Positions 1 to 7,615 of a DNA stretch of 32,000 nucleotides are shown piece after piece (position 1 is the first letter of the stretch; the number at the start of each line of letters is the position of its first letter). The notes beneath the pieces are model-generated. The model did no database searches, had not been told where the DNA came from, and was given only the letters and a program-made list of their open reading frames with translations. Made by a program: the position numbers and the translations under genes. This stretch comes from Victivallaceae bacterium (GTDB lineage Bacteria > Verrucomicrobiota > Lentisphaeria > Victivallales > Victivallaceae), in assembly GCA_045587205.1 (NCBI GenBank), contig JAZNBV010000035.1:3372-35371 (forward strand), in the 5' to 3' direction.

Positions 1-244
1 TTTTCAGCACACCTGACATACCGAAATGCATCAGTAAAGCAAGATCATCTTCCAGTTCCACGATCAGATAGCGCCCTCTGCGGCGGACATCCAGCACTTT
101 TTTGCCGGTCAGACGCGGATCTTTGAGCGAATCAAGCGGTTCACGCAAGCGTGAAGCAAAAACCTCCACGCCGCGTATGATTTTTCCGGCAAGATACTCT
201 TTAAGCGCTCTGCCGATGGTTTCAACTTCCGGCAACTCGGGCAT
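1..244 (-). CDS. mutM: Formamidopyrimidine-DNA glycosylase (Fpg/MutM), N-terminal 81 codons only; the 3' end lies beyond the window start
   Basis: Absent from the ORF track because it is truncated. Reverse complement of 244..1 reads MPELPEVETIGRALKEYLAGKIIRGVEVFASRLREPLDSLKDPRLTGKKVLDVRRRGRYLIVELEDDLALLMHFGMSGVLK. The PELPEVET N-terminus and the HFGMSG motif are Fpg/Nei family signatures. ATG at 244-242 lies 2 nt after the stop (247-249) of the upstream gene. Confidence 0.85.
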   Translation of the reverse strand, partial: MPELPEVETIGRALKEYLAGKIIRGVEVFASRLREPLDSLKDPRLTGKKVLDVRRRGRYLIVELEDDLALLMHFGMSGVLK

Positions 245-246
245 TT

Positions 247-1602
247 TTACTCCGATCTGCCCGCCATCTTGCGCAAGGCGCCCAGCATAAGTTCAGAACC
301 TTTTACGCTGTACGGGTTGGAACGCGCCTGCGGTTCATATCCGCCTCTGCCATAGTTCCAACTGTTGGGGATATAACCGCCGGCCAGCTGCGGATTACCC
401 GACGGACCGTGACCGGCAACTATCGTGCGGTAATCGCAGAATATCTTTTTTCTGATTTCAAGACCGATCTCCACAAAGGGTTCGCCCGGCACGCCGATGA
501 TCGCCGCGCCGCCGACAAAGATACCCGGCAGCGGGAATGTGGTGTTTTTGGGCTGATCGCGCATCAATATCACCTGCTTGGCAAAGTATTTGAGCACTTT
601 GGGCAGTTTGCGCGCCAGGTCTTCGCTGGTGAGGTTGTCTGAATCGGTGACATCCGGTTCATCTTTGTATTTCTCAATAGTGGCAAGCGCTTCGGCATAT
701 TCCCCGTCGGTAACTTCGTGCGCCGGCACATACACTTCTGCAAATCTGGTCTCAAGCGGCATATCGTATGCTTTTTTAAGAGTGGGTATAGCCGCCATAA
801 TCGTAGATGCTATGCCCGTACCGATGCGTTCAGCTTCTGCGTAGCAAGTCTGATCCATATCAGTAGATACATCAAAATGATTGATATTGCCGGCCGTACC
901 GATAATGGGAGCAAACATAAAATCTTTATCCATCTGCGACTCGATGATCCGGCGGGCAAATCCCGGCCAGTCTGCAGAAACACTGCAGCCGCCAATGGTG
1001 TCGCTGTGGTTGACGATATTGGCGATCAGCAGCGCAAGTTTACCGTTGCGCTTGACCCCAAGCATCGGGATTTCCGGATCGACCGTACCTTCCGGACGGA
1101 GAATATCGGAATTGAGTTTGCCGGGGTTGGTAACCACCCCGCCTGACTTCATCCAGTAGCGGCGGTTGAAGATAAAGCGGTCATCCCAGGCGGCGCCCTG
1201 CACCAGTTCTGCTTCCTGCAGATTGTTCAGCGCCGCCCGCAGCGCCTGCGACACACCTTCGGCAACCTGTTCGGCACACTCATCGGCTCCCGGCAGATGA
1301 GCAAAGCGGATCTCCGGGCCTGTATGGGTATGTGTGGAGTTGAAAATCAGATTTTCTTTGCTGAAACAACCCAGATCTGCAATCTTGGGCATAACGCGGT
1401 CAACCAGCATCTGCGAACTGCTGATAAGGTCCATATTTACTATACCGGCGATTTTATTCCCCTGCTTGAAAACGATCGCACGCGCTTCCAGCCGGTCAAG
1501 GACTTTATCCCAGATCCGGATATTGAAATAACCTGCCAGCGAAACCGGCACCTGCGGGGTTATATCGCAACGGCCCCAGCCGCAAAAAAGTTTTTCATTC
1601 AT
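247..1602 (-). CDS. Neutral/alkaline ceramidase-like hydrolase (N-terminal ceramidase domain family), substrate unknown; paralog 1
   Basis: 451-aa ORF with a true ATG at 1602-1600. The motif NSTHTHTGPE resembles the Zn-binding THTHSGP motif of neutral ceramidases, and GGYEP occurs near the C-terminus. Its ATG overlaps the stop of the upstream membrane-protein gene (ATGA at 1602-1599). Confidence 0.6.
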   Translation of the reverse strand: MNEKLFCGWGRCDITPQVPVSLAGYFNIRIWDKVLDRLEARAIVFKQGNKIAGIVNMDLISSSQMLVDRVMPKIADLGCFSKENLIFNSTHTHTGPEIRFAHLPGADECAEQVAEGVSQALRAALNNLQEAELVQGAAWDDRFIFNRRYWMKSGGVVTNPGKLNSDILRPEGTVDPEIPMLGVKRNGKLALLIANIVNHSDTIGGCSVSADWPGFARRIIESQMDKDFMFAPIIGTAGNINHFDVSTDMDQTCYAEAERIGTGIASTIMAAIPTLKKAYDMPLETRFAEVYVPAHEVTDGEYAEALATIEKYKDEPDVTDSDNLTSEDLARKLPKVLKYFAKQVILMRDQPKNTTFPLPGIFVGGAAIIGVPGEPFVEIGLEIRKKIFCDYRTIVAGHGPSGNPQLAGGYIPNSWNYGRGGYEPQARSNPYSVKGSELMLGALRKMAGRSE

Positions 1603-3383
1603 TTTTTCTTCATCCTCTGTTCAAAAAGTATTTTTTTATAAGGAAATAATTTTTCCGACTTCTCAAGATATTCCCGCGCTCTGGCTTCATCGCCGCGCTT
1701 GAGATAAATCTCCGACATACGCTTGTGTGCCGAATGTGAACGCGGGGTCATTTCCAGAACCTTCCGGAAAAACTCTTCTGCTTTCACCAGATCGCCGCGG
1801 AAAAATTTTTCGTTGCCCCAGCAAATATATACACTGTGCGAATACGGTGCAGCCGCCAGTGCTGCCTGCGCCAGACGGTCAACAACAAAACTGCTCTGTA
1901 TATTCTTATTTTTCATTACGTCCTGCCCGGCAGCTTCCTGCAGTCTGAAATAGCGCTGATCAGCTATGCTCCAATGCGTTCCGCCGGTCACTGAACACAG
2001 TGCCAATACACTTAAAACTGCACAAAAGAGATATTTCTGACTCTTCTTATCGCCCGAACCCATCGCAGAATCCCCTGCTGAATATCCGGCAATGCACAAC
2101 GCTGCCAGTTGATAATAAATCATCAGTGCCGGCACCTGCCAATCCATATCCATAAGTATGTGCAGAGAAAAAGCACTGATGCCGAAAAAGAATAAACAGC
2201 TTTCCACTGCGGGCTTTTTCTGCATATATCTATAAGCAATAAAAAGCGTGTACAATATAATAAATCCGATCAGCAGCAATCCGCCGATCCCGGTTTGCGC
2301 TGCAAATGCGGCAAGCATATTGTGCGGATCTTTGGCAAGTTCTTCACTGCCGAAACTTTTGTTCTGCGCGTGATGAAAAACAAAATCCCCCCAGCCGTCA
2401 CCGGTAAACGGGTGGGCAATAAACATTTCCCAGCTGCTTTTCAAATATCCCACGCGCTCTTCCATTGAACCGAAACCGCGCCCGGCATAATGTATGTACA
2501 CTGCCCCCAGAATAATGACCAGCAAAGCTACCGTGGAAAGCGCGATTTTCACTTTTACATTACGGATTATGCCCCACCCAGTCAACGCTCCGGCAAGTAT
2601 CACCGCCAGAAAAGCACCACGACCGCGCGCCGCCAGAAAAATAAATCCGCACAAAATCAACGCCAGAGTAAAAAATATTTTCTGCGAAACTTTTACCGGT
2701 TCAAAATTTTCCGCCCATTTTACCGGACGCACCACCGCCATAGCTCCCCACAGCGCCAGCAACCCGGCAAGCGCACTGGCAAAAGTAAAAGTGGAGTGTA
2801 CCCGTACATCGTAGGCACGCGCTTTTATTCCTTCCGGAATGGTTACGTTGTAGATTTTTTCCTGCATTTCAATAAAATCGCGCATATCATCAAAGCCGAA
2901 AAAGTACTGATGAACCCCGATTACAGCGGTAAAAAGCACACTGGCAACTGCCGTATTCACCACCTTGTCAAGCATATCGCGCCGGTTTGCCATCTGGATA
3001 ACTGCCGCAGCAAAAAATGAACTCAACCCCAGAGTGTACTCTAATTCGATAACTGCATTTTCGTAACTGTCACAATCGATAAAGCCGATCATTGTTACCA
3101 ATGGCAAAAGCAGCCATAACAGCAGAAGTATGCTTTCGGCACTCCATTTTTTCAGCGATTCCGGAATCCCATAAGCAATCAGCGATACAATCAGCAAAAC
3201 TCCCGCGATCACCGGAAAAAGCGCCGGCGGCCACGCCGTAACCACCCACGCCATAGCCGAATCCGGGAAACCCTGCGGCGCACCCGGCAGAAGCATAACG
3301 CCCATTTTCAATGGTGCAATAAACACAGTCAGCAGAAAAAGCACTCCGGCAAGCGGCTGTAATTTTTTTGGGAATCCGTTCAT
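1599..3383 (-). CDS. O-antigen ligase (Wzy_C)-like polytopic membrane protein with C-terminal TPR repeats
   Basis: Many hydrophobic helices. HNMLAAFAAQTGIGGLLLIGF matches the O-antigen-ligase family motif (HN..L....E/Q.G..G). The C-terminus (GNEKFFRGDLVKAEEFFRKVLEMTP...YLKRGDEARAREYLEKS) is TPR-like. I prefer ATG 3383 (MNGFPKK, 10 nt after the pdxB stop) to ATG 3446, which would overlap pdxB by 53 nt. Confidence 0.65.
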   Translation of the reverse strand: MNGFPKKLQPLAGVLFLLTVFIAPLKMGVMLLPGAPQGFPDSAMAWVVTAWPPALFPVIAGVLLIVSLIAYGIPESLKKWSAESILLLLWLLLPLVTMIGFIDCDSYENAVIELEYTLGLSSFFAAAVIQMANRRDMLDKVVNTAVASVLFTAVIGVHQYFFGFDDMRDFIEMQEKIYNVTIPEGIKARAYDVRVHSTFTFASALAGLLALWGAMAVVRPVKWAENFEPVKVSQKIFFTLALILCGFIFLAARGRGAFLAVILAGALTGWGIIRNVKVKIALSTVALLVIILGAVYIHYAGRGFGSMEERVGYLKSSWEMFIAHPFTGDGWGDFVFHHAQNKSFGSEELAKDPHNMLAAFAAQTGIGGLLLIGFIILYTLFIAYRYMQKKPAVESCLFFFGISAFSLHILMDMDWQVPALMIYYQLAALCIAGYSAGDSAMGSGDKKSQKYLFCAVLSVLALCSVTGGTHWSIADQRYFRLQEAAGQDVMKNKNIQSSFVVDRLAQAALAAAPYSHSVYICWGNEKFFRGDLVKAEEFFRKVLEMTPRSHSAHKRMSEIYLKRGDEARAREYLEKSEKLFPYKKILFEQRMKKK

Positions 3384-3393
3384 AAAACTTTTG

Positions 3394-4524
3394 TTACTTG
3401 AGTTTAAATCCGAGCTTTGACAATATATTCCCGGTCTGTTCGTCATAATTACTTACGGTAAACGCGGGAAATTCGCGGCGCAGCGGATAGCTGCCGCGCA
3501 ATTTTTCAAAATCCGCCGGAAAATCTTTCAAGCGCCGGCTGTCATCGGCTATGTTGTAGGACTCCGCTGTCACCGCCAGGAGTTTTTCTTCCAGAGTGCC
3601 CTCTGCAGGTACACTCAAAAGCGTATTTTCCGGCAGCGGCACATTATCCGGGTAATAATTTTTCAACTCCTGCGGCAAATCAAAAAATTCCGCCAGAGCG
3701 CGCACGCTCATACTTGTACCGTTGGCCTTGCCGTCAGTGGAATATCCGGCAATATGCGCAGTGGCAAAGTCAAGCAGTTTGAGCAATTCCAAATCTATCT
3801 CCGGCTCATTTTCCCATACATCCAGCGCCGCCCCGGCAAGCAAACCGTTTTCCAGAGCCTTACGCAAAGCAGCATTATCGACCACCTCGCCGCGCGAAGC
3901 ATTGACTAAATACTGATTTTTACACATTCTGCTGATAAATCCGGCATCAACCAGATGATAAGTCGGGTCACTGCCGTTGTACTCCAGCGGCACGTGAATG
4001 GTGATTATATCAGCGGATTTGATTATTTCATCAAGTTCAACAAATTTTCCACTGCCTTCAGCTCTGGCACGCGGCGGGTCATTGAGCAGAACTTTCATAC
4101 CCAGTGCTTCAGCAGCTGCGGCAACCTTTTTGCCGACGTGCCCTACGCCGACCACACCCAGAACTTTTCCTGCCAGCGCAAATTTGTCTTTTACTGCCCA
4201 ATTCAGCAGCAGACTGGTTATGTACTGCGCCACACTCGAAGAGTTGCAGCCGGGGGCATTGGTCCAGCAGATATTGTTTGCCCGGGCGTAATCAGTATCG
4301 ATGTGATCAAAACCGATCGTTGCCGTGGCAATAAACTTTACGCGTGAACCATCCAGCAATTCCCTGCGGCATTTGGTACGGGTACGCGTTATAAGTGCAT
4401 CGGCATCGCGCACTGTATCTGCGGAAGTTTTCGCCCCGGGACAATACTCCACAGCAATATCGCTGCAACGCTCCAGAACACCTTTCAGAAAGGGTATTTT
4501 ATCATCGGCAACTATTTTAAGCAT
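3394..4524 (-). CDS. pdxB: 4-phosphoerythronate dehydrogenase (pyridoxal phosphate biosynthesis)
   Basis: Reads like E. coli PdxB across most of its length: MLKIVADDKIPF..., ATIGFDHID, GVVGVGHVGKK, NASRGEVVDN, HIAGYS, and the C-terminal dimerisation region with FEKLRGSYPLRREF. The track start at 4536 is TTG; the ATG at 4524 gives the canonical N-terminus. Confidence 0.9.
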   Translation of the reverse strand: MLKIVADDKIPFLKGVLERCSDIAVEYCPGAKTSADTVRDADALITRTRTKCRRELLDGSRVKFIATATIGFDHIDTDYARANNICWTNAPGCNSSSVAQYITSLLLNWAVKDKFALAGKVLGVVGVGHVGKKVAAAAEALGMKVLLNDPPRARAEGSGKFVELDEIIKSADIITIHVPLEYNGSDPTYHLVDAGFISRMCKNQYLVNASRGEVVDNAALRKALENGLLAGAALDVWENEPEIDLELLKLLDFATAHIAGYSTDGKANGTSMSVRALAEFFDLPQELKNYYPDNVPLPENTLLSVPAEGTLEEKLLAVTAESYNIADDSRRLKDFPADFEKLRGSYPLRREFPAFTVSNYDEQTGNILSKLGFKLK

Positions 4525-4542
4525 AGATGCACCCAATAAATT

Positions 4543-4827
4543 TTACTTCATAAGTTTAAGAGCATCGCGTCCGCTCATACCGACAGTCACTCCCAGCTTG
4601 GCGGCGGCTTCAGAAACTTCGCAGACTGCAGCCTTGAGCATATCGTCATAATTTGCCACGCCGCGCACCACTGCCAGAGCATCGTTGAGCTTGTTGGCAG
4701 TAGCAACACTCAAGTAACCGCAGCCGAGCAAACCGTTTGCTCCGGTGATAACCAGCAAAGTGGCGTTGGGGGTCTTGATGGATGCGCCGTTGAATACGGC
4801 ACCGTCGATTTCAACAGTATTATTCAT
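4543..4827 (-). CDS. DUF1805 (YunC-like) domain protein
   Basis: 94 aa. The pattern IKTPNATLLVITGANGLLGCGYLSV...ALAVVRGV...ML.A.V.EVSEAA..LGV..GMSG..AL is typical of DUF1805. The track start at 4839 is TTG; the ATG at 4827 (MNNTVEID) is preferred. Confidence 0.7.
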   Translation of the reverse strand: MNNTVEIDGAVFNGASIKTPNATLLVITGANGLLGCGYLSVATANKLNDALAVVRGVANYDDMLKAAVCEVSEAAAKLGVTVGMSGRDALKLMK

Positions 4828-4855
4828 TTTTTTCTGCAATTCGGGGTTAAAAAAT

Positions 4856-4890
4856 TTGCATTGCTACAGCAATGAGTTAATTTATATAAC
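4856..4890 (+). promoter_or_regulatory. Candidate sigma70-type promoter for nifU-like/hslO overlapping a 7+7 palindrome
   Basis: TTGCTA (4861-4866), an 18-nt spacer, then TATAAC (4885-4890), about 47 nt upstream of ATG 4937. The perfect inverted repeat CATTGCT-AC-AGCAATG (4859-4874) overlaps the -35. The hexamer matches are only moderate. Confidence 0.3.
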
Positions 4891-4936
4891 AACTGAAATA
4901 CTATACACCCTTATTAAGCAAAAAGGCAAATGAAAA

Positions 4937-5167
4937 ATGGAAAATTTAACTGATAAAATCACCGAACGGCTCAACCAGATGCGTCAATACCTCCAGGCTG
5001 ACGGCGGCGATCTGGAAATCGTTTCAATCCAGGGCAAACTTGTCCAGCTTAAATTGCGCGGTGCCTGCGGCAGCTGCCCGCACGCAACTATGACCATCAA
5101 AAATGGTCTGGAACGCGTTCTGCGCGAAGAAATCGATCCGGAAATCGTCATCGAACGCGTTCTGTAA
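4937..5167 (+). CDS. NifU-like (Nfu-type) Fe-S cluster scaffold/carrier domain protein
   Basis: 76 aa. GGDLEIVSI.G..V.LKLRGACGSCPHATMTIKNGLERVLREEI is the NifU C-terminal domain with its CxxC motif. Confidence 0.85.
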   Translation: MENLTDKITERLNQMRQYLQADGGDLEIVSIQGKLVQLKLRGACGSCPHATMTIKNGLERVLREEIDPEIVIERVL

Positions 5168-5276
5168 CGCAACAATACTGCCGCTTCGGCGGTCTTGAAT
5201 AATAAACGCTGTGTGGAGAAAAATTCCCCGTGCGGCGTTTTGCAGTTTATCAGGGATTTTTAATACGGAGCAATAT

Positions 5277-6191
5277 ATGGAACAGGATTGTCTTATCCGC
5301 GGGTTACACTCTGACCTTAATTTGCGTGCAGTCTGGGCGGAAACCACCAGTCTGGTCAACGCCGGGATCACTATTCACGATACAGATCCGGCAGCGGCGG
5401 GCGCGTTTGCTTCGGCATTGAGCGCCGCGGCCCTGTCGGCAGCTATGCTTGATGAAGGCGAACGCTTTTCCATCCGCTATGAATATCCCGGCAGTTTGCG
5501 CGGTATGATCATTGAATCCGCTGCCGACGGTTCAGTGCGCGGTGTTCCTTTTGCTCCTCACCCGCTGGACGGCGGCAAAAATGAGATCGGCGAACTCTAC
5601 GGCGACAATGACGGTATGATCTATGTCACCAGTTCTTCAGCTGACGGCAAACTGCTGAATTCCGGTCAAACCCGCGCCCCGCTGGCGGATCCGGCAAACG
5701 ATCTGGCATTTTTCTTTTGCGTAAGCAATCAGCTGGAAACAGAAATCCGCACCTGGGTGGAATTCCAGAGCGATCCGCAGCAGCCGGTGGTACGGATGTC
5801 AGCATTTATGCTTCAGGCAATGCCGGGGTGCGATCTGGAACTGTTCAGCCAGCTGCGCAACGCTATACACAGCGCCGCGGCAAATGAACTGCGCAAAAAG
5901 ATTGATCTGGTGAACGAACCGGAAAAGAGTATGAAAGATTTTCTTGCTGCGCTGGCACACAATGCCAATGTGGAAGATTTCAACCCGGATAAATGTATTT
6001 TCACATTCGGCGTAAAACCGCGCTGGCAGTGCCGCTGCAGCGAAGAAACTATGCGCCGTGCTATGACAGTTCTGGGCAAAGATGATCTGGAAAAACTTTT
6101 TGACGAACGCCCCGAACCGGCTATCCAATGCAATTTCTGCCGCCGCAGTTACAAATTCAAACGCGACAATTTTTTTCCTAAAATAGATTAA
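5277..6191 (+). CDS. hslO: Redox-regulated chaperone Hsp33
   Basis: The C-terminal zinc switch is CRCS...(about 30 aa)...CNFCRRSY (CXC...CXXC). The N-terminal region is Hsp33-like (LIRGL...LRAVWAETTSLVNAGITIHDTDPAAAGAFASALSAAALSAAML). I prefer ATG 5277 (MEQDCLIRG) to the track start 5211, giving 304 aa. Confidence 0.85.
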   Translation: MEQDCLIRGLHSDLNLRAVWAETTSLVNAGITIHDTDPAAAGAFASALSAAALSAAMLDEGERFSIRYEYPGSLRGMIIESAADGSVRGVPFAPHPLDGGKNEIGELYGDNDGMIYVTSSSADGKLLNSGQTRAPLADPANDLAFFFCVSNQLETEIRTWVEFQSDPQQPVVRMSAFMLQAMPGCDLELFSQLRNAIHSAAANELRKKIDLVNEPEKSMKDFLAALAHNANVEDFNPDKCIFTFGVKPRWQCRCSEETMRRAMTVLGKDDLEKLFDERPEPAIQCNFCRRSYKFKRDNFFPKID

Positions 6192-6206
6192 TTGAGATTC
6201 CGCTGC

Positions 6207-6235
6207 TTGACAAGTCAGGGCTTTTACATTATATT
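6207..6235 (+). promoter_or_regulatory. Near-consensus sigma70-type promoter for the ceramidase-like/DUF2339/DUF3999 operon
   Basis: TTGACA (6207-6212), an exact 17-nt spacer (6213-6229), then TATATT (6230-6235). It lies 44 nt upstream of ATG 6279, with GAAAGG as a likely SD at 6265-6270. Confidence 0.6.
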
Positions 6236-6278
6236 ACCTGTAATAACTTCTGGGTAAATAATGTGAAAGGAATTTGTT

Positions 6279-7586
6279 ATGTTCAGAATGGGTTGCGCCA
6301 AAGCCGATACCACCCCCGGATTTCCTGTCTATCAACGCGGCTATGCCAGCAGAAATAAGCTCGCCGTTAAAATCGAAGATCCCATCGAAGCCGGAGTTAT
6401 AGTGCTGGAACAGGATGGGAAAAAAATTCTGCTCCTTACCGTTGACCATATCGGCATAGAGTATCAGTACTGCCGGAAGATCGCCCAAGCCATAGCTCCG
6501 GTTGCCGGTATTGCCGAAGAAGATATTTTCATTAACTGTTCGCACACTCATTTTGCCCCCGGATTCAAGGCTTATACAGTCTATTTTCCTGACGGTGAAC
6601 TGAAACCCGGCAGATACGCAGAAGATACTGCATACTTTAACTTCTGGCTTGATAAAGTGCTGGCGGCAGTTAAGCACGCGGTGTCTGATCTGGAAGAGGT
6701 AACTTTGCTGCAGGCAGATATTCCGGTAACGAGTGTATCGTTCAACCGCCGCACGGTCCGGAAATCTGATGGCGGAGTGGATACCAATTACACCTATCCG
6801 CTGCAGGCGGATAAATACAATTTTTCGCCCGTTGACCCGACGTTGAATGTCTGGAAGTTTATGCGCGGAAATACGCCTAAAGCGGTTCTGGCGCGTTTCA
6901 GCTGTCACCCGGTGACGGGCGGATACGATCTTTATGCTGTTTCCGCAGATTATCCCGGTTATTTCAAACGTGCGGTGCAGGAAAAACTCCACTGTCCGGG
7001 ATTCTTTATGCAGGGCGCCGTTGGCGACTCGGTGCCGATGCTGCGCAACGGCAAATCGCGTCAGGATATAGGCGAAATTCTGGCGTCCAGCATCCGCCTT
7101 GCCGAACGGACATTCCGCGAAACAAGCAACTTTACGTTGAAAAGTGCCACCGTTATGCTCCCGCTTACCGCACCGGCAGCGGAAGGTAAAAGCAATGCTG
7201 ATCTGGAAAAGCTCTGGGCGGAAGCGATGGAAGAAAATGTAAAACGACAGGATTATTCCGATGATATATATATGCGGAATATGCTCTGCGAAACAATTCT
7301 TGCCTATGGCAATGAAAAACGCGAAATGCCCATAAAACTCATCCGCCTGGGCGATATAACGCTGGTCGGTCTGCCGTTTGAAGTGTTGACCATTGTAGGC
7401 AAAAAAATCCAGGAAAAATTCCCCGATGCTGTGATTTGCAGCTGTACCAACGGATACGGATGCTATCTGCCGCTGGCGGAAGATTTCCCCAAAGGCGGTT
7501 ACGAACCTTTGCGCGGTACTGTCTGGGCTCCGGAAACCGGCGACGAAGTGGTAAAACTGACAGTAAAGGCGCTGGCTGAAATGTAA
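6279..7586 (+). CDS. Neutral/alkaline ceramidase-like hydrolase, substrate unknown; paralog 2
   Basis: 435 aa. It shares with the 247..1602 product the layout G.a.DiTP..PV...GY, the motif CSHTHFAPG (versus STHTHTGPE) and a C-terminal KGGYEP. The two look distantly related by eye (low identity). Confidence 0.6.
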   Translation: MFRMGCAKADTTPGFPVYQRGYASRNKLAVKIEDPIEAGVIVLEQDGKKILLLTVDHIGIEYQYCRKIAQAIAPVAGIAEEDIFINCSHTHFAPGFKAYTVYFPDGELKPGRYAEDTAYFNFWLDKVLAAVKHAVSDLEEVTLLQADIPVTSVSFNRRTVRKSDGGVDTNYTYPLQADKYNFSPVDPTLNVWKFMRGNTPKAVLARFSCHPVTGGYDLYAVSADYPGYFKRAVQEKLHCPGFFMQGAVGDSVPMLRNGKSRQDIGEILASSIRLAERTFRETSNFTLKSATVMLPLTAPAAEGKSNADLEKLWAEAMEENVKRQDYSDDIYMRNMLCETILAYGNEKREMPIKLIRLGDITLVGLPFEVLTIVGKKIQEKFPDAVICSCTNGYGCYLPLAEDFPKGGYEPLRGTVWAPETGDEVVKLTVKALAEM

Positions 7587-7615
7587 AAAATCAACTGTTT
7601 TCCCGGAGGGTATTT

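Noticed and set aside
102-290. A 62-aa plus-strand ORF at the left edge.
   Set aside because: It has a TTG start and junk-like composition. It is fully overlapped by the unmistakable mutM N-terminus (PELPEVET...) on the minus strand.
5211-5276. N-terminal extensions suggested by the ORF track. Affected starts are hslO 5211, rhaA 20245, hydrolase-like 14179, aldolase/SDR 18901, pdxB 4536, DUF1805 4839, purF-like 23066, pyrR 27411 and the small ORF 23469.
   Set aside because: Reading the codons shows that most of these starts are TTG/GTG without an SD, or they run through terminators or upstream genes. Internal ATG codons (for pyrR, a TTG with GGAGG) give N-termini colinear with known family members.
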